Origin: a virus
Lineage: Duplodnaviria; Heunggongvirae; Uroviricota; Caudoviricetes
Reading direction: 5' to 3' (one strand)
DNA: 64,000 bases
Virus record (IMG/VR): IMGVR_UViG_2541047873_000001
Made by a program: the position numbers and the translations under genes. Below are positions 45,634 to 55,071 of this stretch, in pieces. Below the pieces are notes generated by a model. The model saw only the letters and a program-made list of their open reading frames with translations, was not told the DNA's origin and did not search any database. Within the stretch, counting starts at the first letter, position 1; each line of letters starts with the position of its first letter.

Positions 45634-47331
45634 GTGAACAAGAACATTGAGCCAGCTCGTAAGCGCGAGCGCGAGATTATGAATCGGGCGGCAAGCGTCA
45701 TGGCTATGACCGTCGATCCAACCACTGATGCTGCCGGTAACATGATTACCGACAACGAAGTGATGATGGCTAACCTGGAAAAAGCTATCCAGAAAGAGCC
45801 AATGTTTGAAGGCGTTGGACCAGAAGCAGCTCGCCAGATCATTGGTAGCTGGGCCATGTCTATTCATGAATACAAACGCCAGCATGGGCATTATCCGGCA
45901 AGCGATGTATTAGCCAACGCCCATGTAGCACTTGAGCGCCTGATGATGGAGTCCGCTAAAGAGACGCATGAAGGCGCTGGCAAAGCCATGTTTGAATCAG
46001 TAGCCAAGGACATGCGCACCTCCGATGGTGTAATGAAGGTTGCACAATATGCCGCACTGATCCTGCCTGCTTCTCTCGGCGCAGCCACCAGCGACGCATG
46101 TACGTTTATCCCTTGTGATCGTGATGAAACCAATATTTACGAGCTGACCAACGTTGCTGGTACAAAATTCGGTACATTCGAGCAGGGCGATGAACTGAAC
46201 ATGCAGTCTGCTGGCGTGTATTCGCAGATGAAACGCCTGTACATCCTGACCGAAAAAGGCGATGGCAGCAAAACCACCTTCCAGTTTGATATCCAGAACT
46301 TCGAAGGCCAGGCCTGCCCGCTGCGCCAGGGCTACAACAAACTGCTGATTAACCGCAAACCGTCCAAAGTAGATGATGGTGACGGCAACCTGTATTTCAA
46401 CGACAAAGACGTCAACGGCAACTCTTTCTCTGCTACAGCAAAAGTTAAATACGATACCGGCGTTATCGATATCACCTTTAATGAAGCACCAGCAGAAGGC
46501 ACAGAAATCGCTGTTCAGGTTGAAATCAACATTGAACGCAATCCGAGCCTGATACCAGTCATTAACCAGTCCATGCGCAATTACGCCCTGCGCCCGTCGC
46601 AGTACGTGATCGCATCCGAACATACGGTTATGACAGCATCTGACCTGAGCCGTGAACACGGACTCGAACTGGCAGCATTGCAATTCTCCGCAATGCGCAA
46701 CTGGATTTCCCACGAAATCGATATGATGCGCCTGCGCACTCTGGTATTCCACACAGTTTACGGTCGTGAATTTGATGTGGCACTGCCAGAAGCGCAGAAC
46801 TACGAATCGTGGGTTGGTTTAATTCGCCATGTAGTGAACGCGCTGTCACAGGACATGGCTGACCGCACCCTGACTACCGGTATCCGTGGTGGCTTTGCTG
46901 GTGGCGATGCTGCTAACTTCCTGCGTTCCTTACCGCCGCAGCACTTCCAGTTGGCACCGGGCTATGTACAGTCGCCGTACATTCAATACATCGGTACCCT
47001 GTTTGGTTCCATTCGTATCTACGAAGTGCCGAAGCCTATCTGCAAACAATTCCAGGAACATGGCTACGACTTTGGCCTGGACGACATCTACTTCTATGGT
47101 CGTGGCGAAGGCATTGGTAAAGCTGGCCTGGTCGCTGGTGATGCTGTGCCTGCTATTCCGTATGTCCACGAAACAAATCCAGCCCTGGTAAACCGCACCA
47201 CTCTTTGGGGTACAGCAATCAACGATGTGCATCCGCGCAACGGTGAGAACTATTTCACTCGCCTTCGCCTGACACGTTCGAAAGAAGGTGCGATTGACAT
47301 GTTGAGCGGGCAAATCAACGAAAAAAAGTAG
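45634..47331 (+). CDS. major head protein candidate
   Basis: 565 aa from GTG start; size and position ahead of the tail genes match P1 gp23; no domain-level confirmation. Confidence 0.5.
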   Translation: MNKNIEPARKREREIMNRAASVMAMTVDPTTDAAGNMITDNEVMMANLEKAIQKEPMFEGVGPEAARQIIGSWAMSIHEYKRQHGHYPASDVLANAHVALERLMMESAKETHEGAGKAMFESVAKDMRTSDGVMKVAQYAALILPASLGAATSDACTFIPCDRDETNIYELTNVAGTKFGTFEQGDELNMQSAGVYSQMKRLYILTEKGDGSKTTFQFDIQNFEGQACPLRQGYNKLLINRKPSKVDDGDGNLYFNDKDVNGNSFSATAKVKYDTGVIDITFNEAPAEGTEIAVQVEINIERNPSLIPVINQSMRNYALRPSQYVIASEHTVMTASDLSREHGLELAALQFSAMRNWISHEIDMMRLRTLVFHTVYGREFDVALPEAQNYESWVGLIRHVVNALSQDMADRTLTTGIRGGFAGGDAANFLRSLPPQHFQLAPGYVQSPYIQYIGTLFGSIRIYEVPKPICKQFQEHGYDFGLDDIYFYGRGEGIGKAGLVAGDAVPAIPYVHETNPALVNRTTLWGTAINDVHPRNGENYFTRLRLTRSKEGAIDMLSGQINEKK

Positions 47332-47472
47332 CAGTGGCGAACGTGTCAGTTTCACCAACGGCAATTGAAGTAAACGAAGGTGAAACTATCGCCGCAAGCA
47401 CTTCAAAGACACGAAAAACACCCAAAAAGAAGTAAGACCAGCCCCTGAATAGGGGGCTATATGGAGGAAAAA

Positions 47473-47751
47473 ATGGCTGATATTCAGGTAACTATTACAC
47501 CTTCCGATGCGACAGATAAATCTTTCACTATCGAGTCAGATCATCCGGAAATTGTGAGCGTAGATGGCAAAACCTGTACCGCACTTAAAGCAGGTCAGGC
47601 TGTGCTCACTATCAAGACCACCGATGGCAATAAAACGGCAACATGCACCGTAACGGTTAATGAAGCCACAAAGAACGTAAGCGCCGTCAGCGTTGAACCG
47701 TCAACCAAAGAAGTGACGGTAGGTGACAGCTTCACGGTCGGCGAAGCCTGA
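47473..47751 (+). CDS. Ig-like (Big_2-type) domain protein
   Basis: About 92 aa; beta-rich with SVDGKTCTALKAGQAVLTIKTTDGNKTATCTVTV typical of Big_2 folds. Confidence 0.5.
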   Translation: MADIQVTITPSDATDKSFTIESDHPEIVSVDGKTCTALKAGQAVLTIKTTDGNKTATCTVTVNEATKNVSAVSVEPSTKEVTVGDSFTVGEA

Positions 47752-47816
47752 TAAAAGTCTCCCCATGCTAATGGGGAGACTTCTCTCATCCGCTCGATAA
47801 AGAGGAAAAGAGCAGC

Positions 47817-49472
47817 ATGAATAAAATTGGTTTTTCTGTTGGTCAGGCGGCGGGCGTTGCGGTAGCGGACGTAAATGCCGATGCTATTCTGTCCAACACA
47901 TCTGGCGGTGCTTCCGTCTTTGCCGGGCTGGTGATTTCCCGCAGAGGAGCACCAGGCAAGGTTTTGCAGGTTACAGCAGCCAACTATCAGAGCGTGTTAG
48001 GTTCACCTCTTCACCCGCGCACCGGGGCCGCATTTGAACCATATCGCCACGTTGAACGCGCAGTAAAAGGCGGCACCGGTTATGTGGTTCGCGTATGCGC
48101 AAAAGACATGAAAGTACCGGGCATTGCCGTTTCTGTTCAGGCCAGGTCGAAAAGCACCAAGTCAGCAAAAACTCTGCAAATTGCTCCGACCGAAGCAACG
48201 GTAAATATCGGCGATACACTGACCGTTCGTGCCGTTTCTGGAGCCACTTCTCCGGTAACTTTCGCTGCAAGCGAAACACCTGAAATTTCCGGCAGTGAAC
48301 TGGCTATTTTCTACATAAAGGACGGTGATGCTTCGACAAACCGCACGTTATCACTGACCCGTGAGGACGAAGAAAATGACCTGTTCACTCTGGAACTGAA
48401 AGAGACACAGACCGATGGTTCTGTAGAAACATTGGAAAGCTACCAGGTTTCTTTCGATCCGGATGCAACGAACGATATGGGCCAGCCAGCATGGATTCCT
48501 GCGTTGTTAGAAAGTCAGTCCTCCAGGCTTGGAGCTGTACTGGCTGATGGTGCCGAAGACTCCGCTCACTTGCTGACTTTCGAAGATGTAGCGTTTGAAG
48601 GCGGTACAGATGGCGATCTGTCCTCAATTGACGCTGATGATTATCTGAAAGCGTTAGAGGTTCTCGAAGCGTCAGAAGTTAATTATACCGCGCTGCTTTC
48701 TCTGGGCTGCTACGACGCATCCGTGCTGGCAAAAATCAATTCGCTGGCAGAAGACGTTCGCGTGGATATGTTCTACGACCTGAAATGTGCTCAGACTGGT
48801 GAAAACGCTATCGCAGAAGCTAAATCACATGGTTTCGGCAAATCCCACCAGGCTGCACGTTATCACTTCCCGTACTCATGCCGTGACACTTTCAGCGGTA
48901 TGAATGTGGTTTACGGAATCAGTTGTGATGCGTTCGTGGCAAAAGCGAAAGGCGTTGCGCTTGTGTCTGATGTAGGCGGCTGGCATTACGCCCCGGCTGG
49001 TCTGTCTCGGGCAATCATTGATCGCCAGAACATCACCAGACTCTCCGGAATTGGCACAATCGATCGTGAAGCGTATGTGACCGCTCGTATTAACCCTGTA
49101 AGCGTTGCAGCGGATGGTTCTGTCTACATCGACGACTCCCTGACGACATACAGCAAAAATAACTATCTGCGATTCCAGCACGTTTCATCACTGATGAATG
49201 CAATTGCCCGCAATTTCTATGAAGTTGCTCAGGCAATCAAGCATGAACCTGATGGCGTTACGCAGGAAAGTCTGACTAACGCACTGACAGATCTTCTGGA
49301 CCGTTTTTATGCGGCTGGTGCGCTGGTTACACCACGCGATGAATCTCAAGGTTCTGACCCTTATGTGGTCAAGGTAACTCAAAAAGACATCGACTTGTGG
49401 GAAGTGGAATGGTCCGTGTGCCCAACAGGCACTGCCCGTCGAATCCTCGGCAAACCAATCCTGATGCGTTGA
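47817..49472 (+). CDS. tail sheath-like structural protein
   Basis: 551 aa with an Ig-like insert; assignment by size and position only; a capsid role is not excluded. Confidence 0.4.
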   Translation: MNKIGFSVGQAAGVAVADVNADAILSNTSGGASVFAGLVISRRGAPGKVLQVTAANYQSVLGSPLHPRTGAAFEPYRHVERAVKGGTGYVVRVCAKDMKVPGIAVSVQARSKSTKSAKTLQIAPTEATVNIGDTLTVRAVSGATSPVTFAASETPEISGSELAIFYIKDGDASTNRTLSLTREDEENDLFTLELKETQTDGSVETLESYQVSFDPDATNDMGQPAWIPALLESQSSRLGAVLADGAEDSAHLLTFEDVAFEGGTDGDLSSIDADDYLKALEVLEASEVNYTALLSLGCYDASVLAKINSLAEDVRVDMFYDLKCAQTGENAIAEAKSHGFGKSHQAARYHFPYSCRDTFSGMNVVYGISCDAFVAKAKGVALVSDVGGWHYAPAGLSRAIIDRQNITRLSGIGTIDREAYVTARINPVSVAADGSVYIDDSLTTYSKNNYLRFQHVSSLMNAIARNFYEVAQAIKHEPDGVTQESLTNALTDLLDRFYAAGALVTPRDESQGSDPYVVKVTQKDIDLWEVEWSVCPTGTARRILGKPILMR

Positions 49473-49515
49473 TTTATCTTCCCCGCTGAAACGCGGGGAT
49501 GAATGAGGTTTCCTA

Positions 49516-50262
49516 ATGAAAAACTATTCTGTTGTTGATCCATTCATGCGCGCGCTATTTGCAGGCAAAACAGCCGATAACGCAGATACAGCCATACTGG
49601 AAAGCGCCAAAGATTCTGGTTGTTTTGAAAGTGGCGATAACGCCATCCTGGAAAGTGCCAAGAATGGAACAGATGGCGCGGATATCGAAGCCGCAATGAT
49701 GGAAGCGGTGGAATCCCGTGCACAAAGTGACATCCGCAGTCTGGCAGCTTCAATGCTGGCGAGCTGGGTAGAAGATGGCGACCCTGAAGCGGATTCATTT
49801 GATGCGCTGGCAATCACAATGGCTGGCCTGGCCGACATTGACGAAGACACGGAACTGACCGACGAACAGGTTGACGCATATAACGACGCACTCGCGGCGT
49901 TGGCTAACGCGGCTGTGGCCCTGGGCGCTGATCAGGACGACGTCACCGAGATGATCGATGACGAAGATGACGCGGCAGCAGAACGCGTATTTGACGCACT
50001 GTCAGAAAGCGATAGTGAAATGATGGAAGAAGCCATTGCGATTTACACCGTTGCTGGTGGCAATGCAGCAATGCTCGAAGCTGTCAGCAAAAAAGTCGTT
50101 CGTGATGGCAAGGTTACTATCATCCGCAAACGCCCGCGCCCGCGTCGCATGACGTCCTTACAAAAGCAGGCGCTGAAAAAAGCTCGCCGTAAGGCACATA
50201 CGTCGATAGCTAACACTCGCCGCCGTAAGTCTATCCGCATCCGCAAAAAACGCGGTCTGTAA
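49516..50262 (+). CDS. acidic structural protein with basic C-terminal tail
   Basis: 248 aa; highly acidic body, last about 45 aa strongly basic (RKRPRPRR...RRRKSIRIRKKRGL). Confidence 0.5.
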   Translation: MKNYSVVDPFMRALFAGKTADNADTAILESAKDSGCFESGDNAILESAKNGTDGADIEAAMMEAVESRAQSDIRSLAASMLASWVEDGDPEADSFDALAITMAGLADIDEDTELTDEQVDAYNDALAALANAAVALGADQDDVTEMIDDEDDAAAERVFDALSESDSEMMEEAIAIYTVAGGNAAMLEAVSKKVVRDGKVTIIRKRPRPRRMTSLQKQALKKARRKAHTSIANTRRRKSIRIRKKRGL

Positions 50263-50325
50263 TGATGTAAGCCACCTGTAATGGTGGCCTGTTTGGGAGA
50301 AATAGCAGTGATTTGCGGCGCGATC

Positions 50326-50898
50326 ATGGCAGACGGCATAAGCCCGCTAATGAAAGCCTACATCAAGTCAAGTGAGGATATGGTAGTCGGATATATCGGC
50401 GAAGGTTCCTCTGCCGAACTATCGTCTCTGTGGCAGTCGCCATTTGAAGATAAAGCGATGGGCAGCATGTTAGGCGCTATTAGCGAGGCTGCATCATCTC
50501 TTGCAGGCATCGTGCAGACATCATCAGGGTACACGAGTAAAAGCCGGTTCAACTCCACCCTCGTGTGGGAAGGGCAACAACCGCCGGAATTTACCCTTGT
50601 CCTGGATTTTTTAGCTACATCCAGCGCAAAAATTGAGGTGAATGACGCCATCACGACGTTGCTGAAAATGGCATCGCCAGAACTAAACGACATTACGCCT
50701 TTTGGTCGAGTCCCGGAGGCCGTAACGATAAATATCGGCAGGAACGTGATGTTAACGAACGTTGTGATCAAAAGCGTCAGCTATCAGCTTGACGCCCCGC
50801 GCACATCGGAAGGCTATTTCACCCACAACACGGTCACTCTGCAATGCAGTGGCAACACATCTATTAACCGCAGCAATATCTCATCTGTTTTTGTTTAG
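50326..50898 (+). CDS. hypothetical tail or structural protein
   Basis: About 190 aa in the structural operon; start uncertain. Confidence 0.45.
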   Translation: MADGISPLMKAYIKSSEDMVVGYIGEGSSAELSSLWQSPFEDKAMGSMLGAISEAASSLAGIVQTSSGYTSKSRFNSTLVWEGQQPPEFTLVLDFLATSSAKIEVNDAITTLLKMASPELNDITPFGRVPEAVTINIGRNVMLTNVVIKSVSYQLDAPRTSEGYFTHNTVTLQCSGNTSINRSNISSVFV

Positions 50899-50906
50899 GA
50901 GTAATT

Positions 50907-51398
50907 ATGGCCGGTTTTTCAAACACAAAAGCCGATCTCGCCTTCCTGAAAGCCAGATTCAACAAGAACCTGGCAGCAGGCGAAAAATTAATTGGCACTG
51001 AATATTGGATGACCATTAAGGGATACGAAAATCTGTCAGTGCTGATCCGCACCGCGCAGTTACCGGAAATGACGCGTGAAGACGTAGAAGATTACGCTCC
51101 AGGCGGTATGAAGTTCAACCAACACGGCCCGCTGCGTAACTCAGGTGAATTTCAGGTTACCTGTGCGGAGACGATTGAAGGTGTTGTACTCGCTGCCGTC
51201 AAAGAGATGGTTTATCAGAAGAAATATCTGGATATCTCTTTCCAGGCTGCCGCTGAATCTAACAGCGGTGACAGCAAAGGTCTGTCACGTACTTACTCAC
51301 ACTGCAAAGTGTATTCCGATGCCGTTGATTTCTCATCAGAAGATGTAACGGCGGTTGTCAGACCGACCCTGCGTATTGTGTACAACTGGGTTGAGTAA
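50907..51398 (+). CDS. tail tube-like protein candidate
   Basis: 163 aa; size and position after the sheath-like gene. Confidence 0.4.
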   Translation: MAGFSNTKADLAFLKARFNKNLAAGEKLIGTEYWMTIKGYENLSVLIRTAQLPEMTREDVEDYAPGGMKFNQHGPLRNSGEFQVTCAETIEGVVLAAVKEMVYQKKYLDISFQAAAESNSGDSKGLSRTYSHCKVYSDAVDFSSEDVTAVVRPTLRIVYNWVE

Positions 51399-51449
51399 TA
51401 CCGATCCCGCTCAAAAGAGCGGGATTATCCCCCTCCGTCCGGAGTATTT

Positions 51450-52001
51450 ATGACACCTTCTGAACTATTAGAAAGCGTTAAAGCGCGATTCAATCCTCTT
51501 CTTGTACGGGAAGAGGAAACACTGAAAGCATTCCTGCTCAAAGCGTTGACTACTTACCAGGACAGGGCAGGCGTAGTTAAGGCGTTAAAGCTGGAGAAAT
51601 CAGACGGCACGGCGATCCCTGTTCCGGATGATTATCTGTCTCTGGTCCACGTCACTGACCACAACGGGCTTCTGGTTTACGCCGACGAGATTGCCGGTTT
51701 TGTCGAACTTGAGCTTACCGGTTCTGAACGCTGGCCTTTCAAGATGCAATACCTTGTAAATCTCCGCGATCGCAACCTGGATGAGTGGCAAGTGCCACCT
51801 GCGATTATCGGAATGCTTGAGGAATATCTTGAAGCACTTATCAATGTCCGCAACGTTGCCCGCCAGCGAAGGGCGTCAATTGATGGCAAGTTTGATTACT
51901 CCGATCTTCCTGATGAGGCGACGCTCTACGCGCGTGTTCAGGAGATAGAAGAAAAAATGGCAGCCAACCGGGCCATTATCCCTGGTGCTACCATTTTTTA
52001 A
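51450..52001 (+). CDS. hypothetical structural protein
   Basis: 183 aa. Confidence 0.45.
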   Translation: MTPSELLESVKARFNPLLVREEETLKAFLLKALTTYQDRAGVVKALKLEKSDGTAIPVPDDYLSLVHVTDHNGLLVYADEIAGFVELELTGSERWPFKMQYLVNLRDRNLDEWQVPPAIIGMLEEYLEALINVRNVARQRRASIDGKFDYSDLPDEATLYARVQEIEEKMAANRAIIPGATIF

Positions 52002-52014
52002 CACGGAGGGCTAC

Positions 52015-52722
52015 GTGAGTATTTTTAGTGCTACAACGCAAACGCTAGCCAGTGCGGTATCGTTTAGCGCGAAATCGTTCACCAGCAACCTTATCAGCGA
52101 CATTCTGGATAGAGCGGTGTCTGGCAGTGGCGTTAGTGGGAGCTACGGCAATGACATCGCTTACGGAAAGAACGTAGTTGCTACGGCTATGCGTATCCGC
52201 TATGCCCAGGGCTGGCAGTGGACGGTAGACGTAGACGGATTAAGCGGCTTTGATATGTTCGTTAAGGACATCACTTACAGTAGCGGGAATATTGAAACAG
52301 AAAGCAAAATCATTGGTAGCGTCGAGTTCAATAAGCCAACGCACGTAACCGCCGGGCCGGTAACAATGACGGTCAGAGACACAGAAGACGGCAAAATAAT
52401 GAATTGGTTCAAAGAGCGCCGCGCTCGTGTAACCAATAGCGATGGTACGCTAAACCTGCCGCCAGATTATCTCATGAATATCAGGCTATACCGCGTTACA
52501 CAGGAAGGCGGGAAAGAGCTGGAAGAGGAAATGCGTGTATTTCCGACTCAGATAGGAGAGATCAGCCGCTCACGTGATCAGGTGTCCGAATTCTTGTCCT
52601 ATCCGATCACGTTCCAGCGATACACATCTGCCGGTTCCGGCCTGTCCGCATTAGTCAATGGAGCTGCTGGTTTAGCAACAAGCGCACTTAAAAGCGCCGC
52701 CAGCAACGTGATCAAGTTTTGA
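52015..52722 (+). CDS. hypothetical structural protein
   Basis: GTG start after acggaggg RBS; about 235 aa. Confidence 0.45.
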   Translation: MSIFSATTQTLASAVSFSAKSFTSNLISDILDRAVSGSGVSGSYGNDIAYGKNVVATAMRIRYAQGWQWTVDVDGLSGFDMFVKDITYSSGNIETESKIIGSVEFNKPTHVTAGPVTMTVRDTEDGKIMNWFKERRARVTNSDGTLNLPPDYLMNIRLYRVTQEGGKELEEEMRVFPTQIGEISRSRDQVSEFLSYPITFQRYTSAGSGLSALVNGAAGLATSALKSAASNVIKF

Positions 52723-52759
52723 AATGCAGTATTAAAGTGCGAGAAGGTGGGGAAGGGGC

Positions 52760-53050
52760 AAACTTGAGGGCAATATCTACACCTGCTGTTTACGTCAATG
52801 ATGGCATTTTTTACACATCACAACAAAATCAACGCGTTACAACCATAAAACATTCAACAGTAGTGCGATAAAAATAGCTATAGCATACGATGCCATCTGA
52901 GGGTGATTTTTACACATTCCTTATTAATCAATAAATTACAAATAATGTTAGCCGTTAAAGATCCAACCAACTAACTAATGATGTAAGAATTGCCCTCAAT
53001 CTCCCATCTTTAAGGGCAAATCCTACACCTACAGAGAGGTGTAGAAATTG
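52760..53050. repeat. iteron cluster downstream of repA (incA-like)
   Basis: About five iteron-like copies in both orientations (ttgagggcaatatctacacc, ctgagggtgatttttacaca, ttaagggcaaatcctacacc and inverted copies). Confidence 0.6.
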
Positions 53051-53053
53051 CCC

Positions 53054-53809
53054 TTAAGACTGCTGATAGGTGAATTTTATTTTTGTAACTCTGCCACCTT
53101 CTGTAACCTCTGAGAAAACTATTTTCATTTTTGTGTTTTTTTCGATTTCAGCTACAGCTTTTGCCAGAAAGCTTCTCTTAAATTCGGCGTACCGTTGATA
53201 GCTTTTGGGAAGACCATAACGCTCCCGCATCCATTCAACGCCAAGTATAGCGAAGCCGCTCCCATCATCCTTTCTATACTGGCATAAGGACTCATAAAGC
53301 CGCATAGAATAAGGGTTTGTCAGGCGAGACACTTCAGTAAAATTCAGCCTCGTGAACCTCTTATCAAGCAGAGTAAAAAACGGCATGAGATATGGATTCA
53401 GATGAATAATGTAAGTCCCCCGGCGTGGTGAGTAAGCCTCCTTAATCATCCAGGGATAAGACTCATAACTGTCTTCTGATTCGGTTGATTCATCAGGGTT
53501 ATATATCGTGACTTTCTTCTCACTAAGTCCGGAGATAGCTTTACGAATATCCTTGCTGGCTTCAGCAGAGGGCAAATTATACATCTCTGCATATTCGTTG
53601 ACCGTCAACTCACAGGCACCTGAACCAAGAACGCCATCCTTAGAAGCATAGCGAAGTCTTCCCACCACAATAAACAACAGTCGCTTTTGGTCGCGTGTCA
53701 GGTGATAAGCCGCCTCTGTGATCTCATTGGCCTGCGCCAAGCTACGGCTAATTGGTGTCGCTGATTCAATCAGACTGACGGCTTTTGCCGTTAATTCCGC
53801 TCTGTTCAT
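53054..53809 (-). CDS. repA: replication initiator RepA (iteron-binding)
   Basis: About 251 aa from MNRAEL; flanked on both sides by iterons as in the P1 R replicon. Confidence 0.75.
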   Translation of the reverse strand: MNRAELTAKAVSLIESATPISRSLAQANEITEAAYHLTRDQKRLLFIVVGRLRYASKDGVLGSGACELTVNEYAEMYNLPSAEASKDIRKAISGLSEKKVTIYNPDESTESEDSYESYPWMIKEAYSPRRGTYIIHLNPYLMPFFTLLDKRFTRLNFTEVSRLTNPYSMRLYESLCQYRKDDGSGFAILGVEWMRERYGLPKSYQRYAEFKRSFLAKAVAEIEKNTKMKIVFSEVTEGGRVTKIKFTYQQS

Positions 53810-53832
53810 AACCCTGTGTGATCCTTCAAATG

Positions 53833-53952
53833 GTGAGGGCAATTTTTACATCACTTTGAGGGCAATTACTACACCTTTTGAGGGCAAATCTTACACCTGC
53901 TGAGGGCAAATCTTACACCTCAATAGCTTAATTGAGGGCAAATCTTACACCT
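53833..53952. repeat. origin iterons (incC-like), five direct repeats
   Basis: Five copies of TGAGGGCAA(A/T)T(C/T)TTACACC at about 22-23 bp spacing immediately upstream of repA. Confidence 0.8.
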
Positions 53953-54038
53953 TGGTCCTCTACAAGCCCCGCCACCCCTGGCCTCCGTGATGCCTAAAAA
54001 GGATCTAAAAAGGATTAAAAAGAGAAAAAGGTTTATAA

Positions 54039-54047
54039 AAATACTCT
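54039..54047. promoter_or_regulatory. DnaA box
   Basis: ctgtggata (reverse complement tatccacag) next to an AT-rich stretch with GATC sites (aaaaaggatctaaaaaggattaaaaag). Confidence 0.5.
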
Positions 54048-54195
54048 GTGGATATGTGAATTGCGTCACTTAAGGTGTAAAAATCACCCTCAATAGTTGC
54101 TGTTCGATCGACAAAGATCCTTATTCAATACTCCCACAAATCACACACTCCCTATCCTCTGAAAAACTAACTGAACCTAGCTTTCGGAGGAATCC

Positions 54196-55020
54196 TTGAA
54201 CATTCCCAAATTCCCATTGCCTTCACAGCCTGAAATAGAAATTCAGTTTCATGCACCTACTGTGAAAGATGCCCTGAAATATTCAGACATCAATCCGGCA
54301 GAAGACGAGGCAACCACAACAGAATACCTCAATGCTATGCAAGACGGCGAAATTAACGACAGCTCAAACTGGACAGTTCAGGATCGCAGAACCGCGCTTT
54401 GGTGGATCTTTGTTAATTCCAGGCCTGATGCCGTCATGACTTACTCATACGAGTGTGGTCACTGTGGAAACGTTCATCACGCAGATATTAACCTTTCAGA
54501 CCTTGCCGAAACGGTAGAAATCCTGACTGTCCCGCCGTTTATTAAAACTATGGTCCCTATAAACGGAGTACCAACCGAGTGGACGCTTAAACCACTAACA
54601 GGGAAAGGAGCTGAATTGCTTGAGCGTATGCGCGCCACTTTGCCTGATATGAAAACTCCAGAGTACAGTGCTGAGGTTGCTCGTCTCCGCATAGCTGAGT
54701 TGGCCTTGTGTACATCTCTGAACGACGATCCAGAAGACTTCACACAAGCTGCAAACAGACGATTCGATATCATTGAAAACATGGCTCTGGAAACCGAGTT
54801 TACCCCTCTGGTAGCTCGCATTCAGCTCATGCAGAAAGACCTTCGCCACGGCTTAAAAATGGCTATTGAACGAGGCACAAGCCGCCTGATCCTACCGCCA
54901 CAACGCTGCAAAAACGCTAAGGAGGGTGCAGACGTGACTACCACGCTGTACGCCCCATTTCTCAATAGAGAGTTTATCCCATCAATTAGATCTGAATGGA
55001 TGGCTAACCATTATCAATAA
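54196..55020 (+). CDS. hypothetical protein
   Basis: 274 aa; contains CGHCGNVHH. Confidence 0.45.
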   Translation: MNIPKFPLPSQPEIEIQFHAPTVKDALKYSDINPAEDEATTTEYLNAMQDGEINDSSNWTVQDRRTALWWIFVNSRPDAVMTYSYECGHCGNVHHADINLSDLAETVEILTVPPFIKTMVPINGVPTEWTLKPLTGKGAELLERMRATLPDMKTPEYSAEVARLRIAELALCTSLNDDPEDFTQAANRRFDIIENMALETEFTPLVARIQLMQKDLRHGLKMAIERGTSRLILPPQRCKNAKEGADVTTTLYAPFLNREFIPSIRSEWMANHYQ

Positions 55021-55071
55021 CCTGACGTTATACGGCTACCAGCCAGTTAGTGACGTTGAACAATTACCGCA

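Noticed and set aside
45997-46752. 251 aa minus-strand ORF
   Set aside because: Lies entirely antisense within the well-supported capsid-candidate gene; Cys/His/Phe-rich low-complexity translation typical of an antisense artefact
53833-53952. Possible CRISPR array suggested by regularly spaced direct repeats
   Set aside because: Repeats are 19 bp with 3-4 bp gaps rather than repeat-spacer units, are imperfect, occur in both orientations and flank repA; they are replication iterons. The same reasoning applies to the parC-like array at 41295-41480. No cas genes are present
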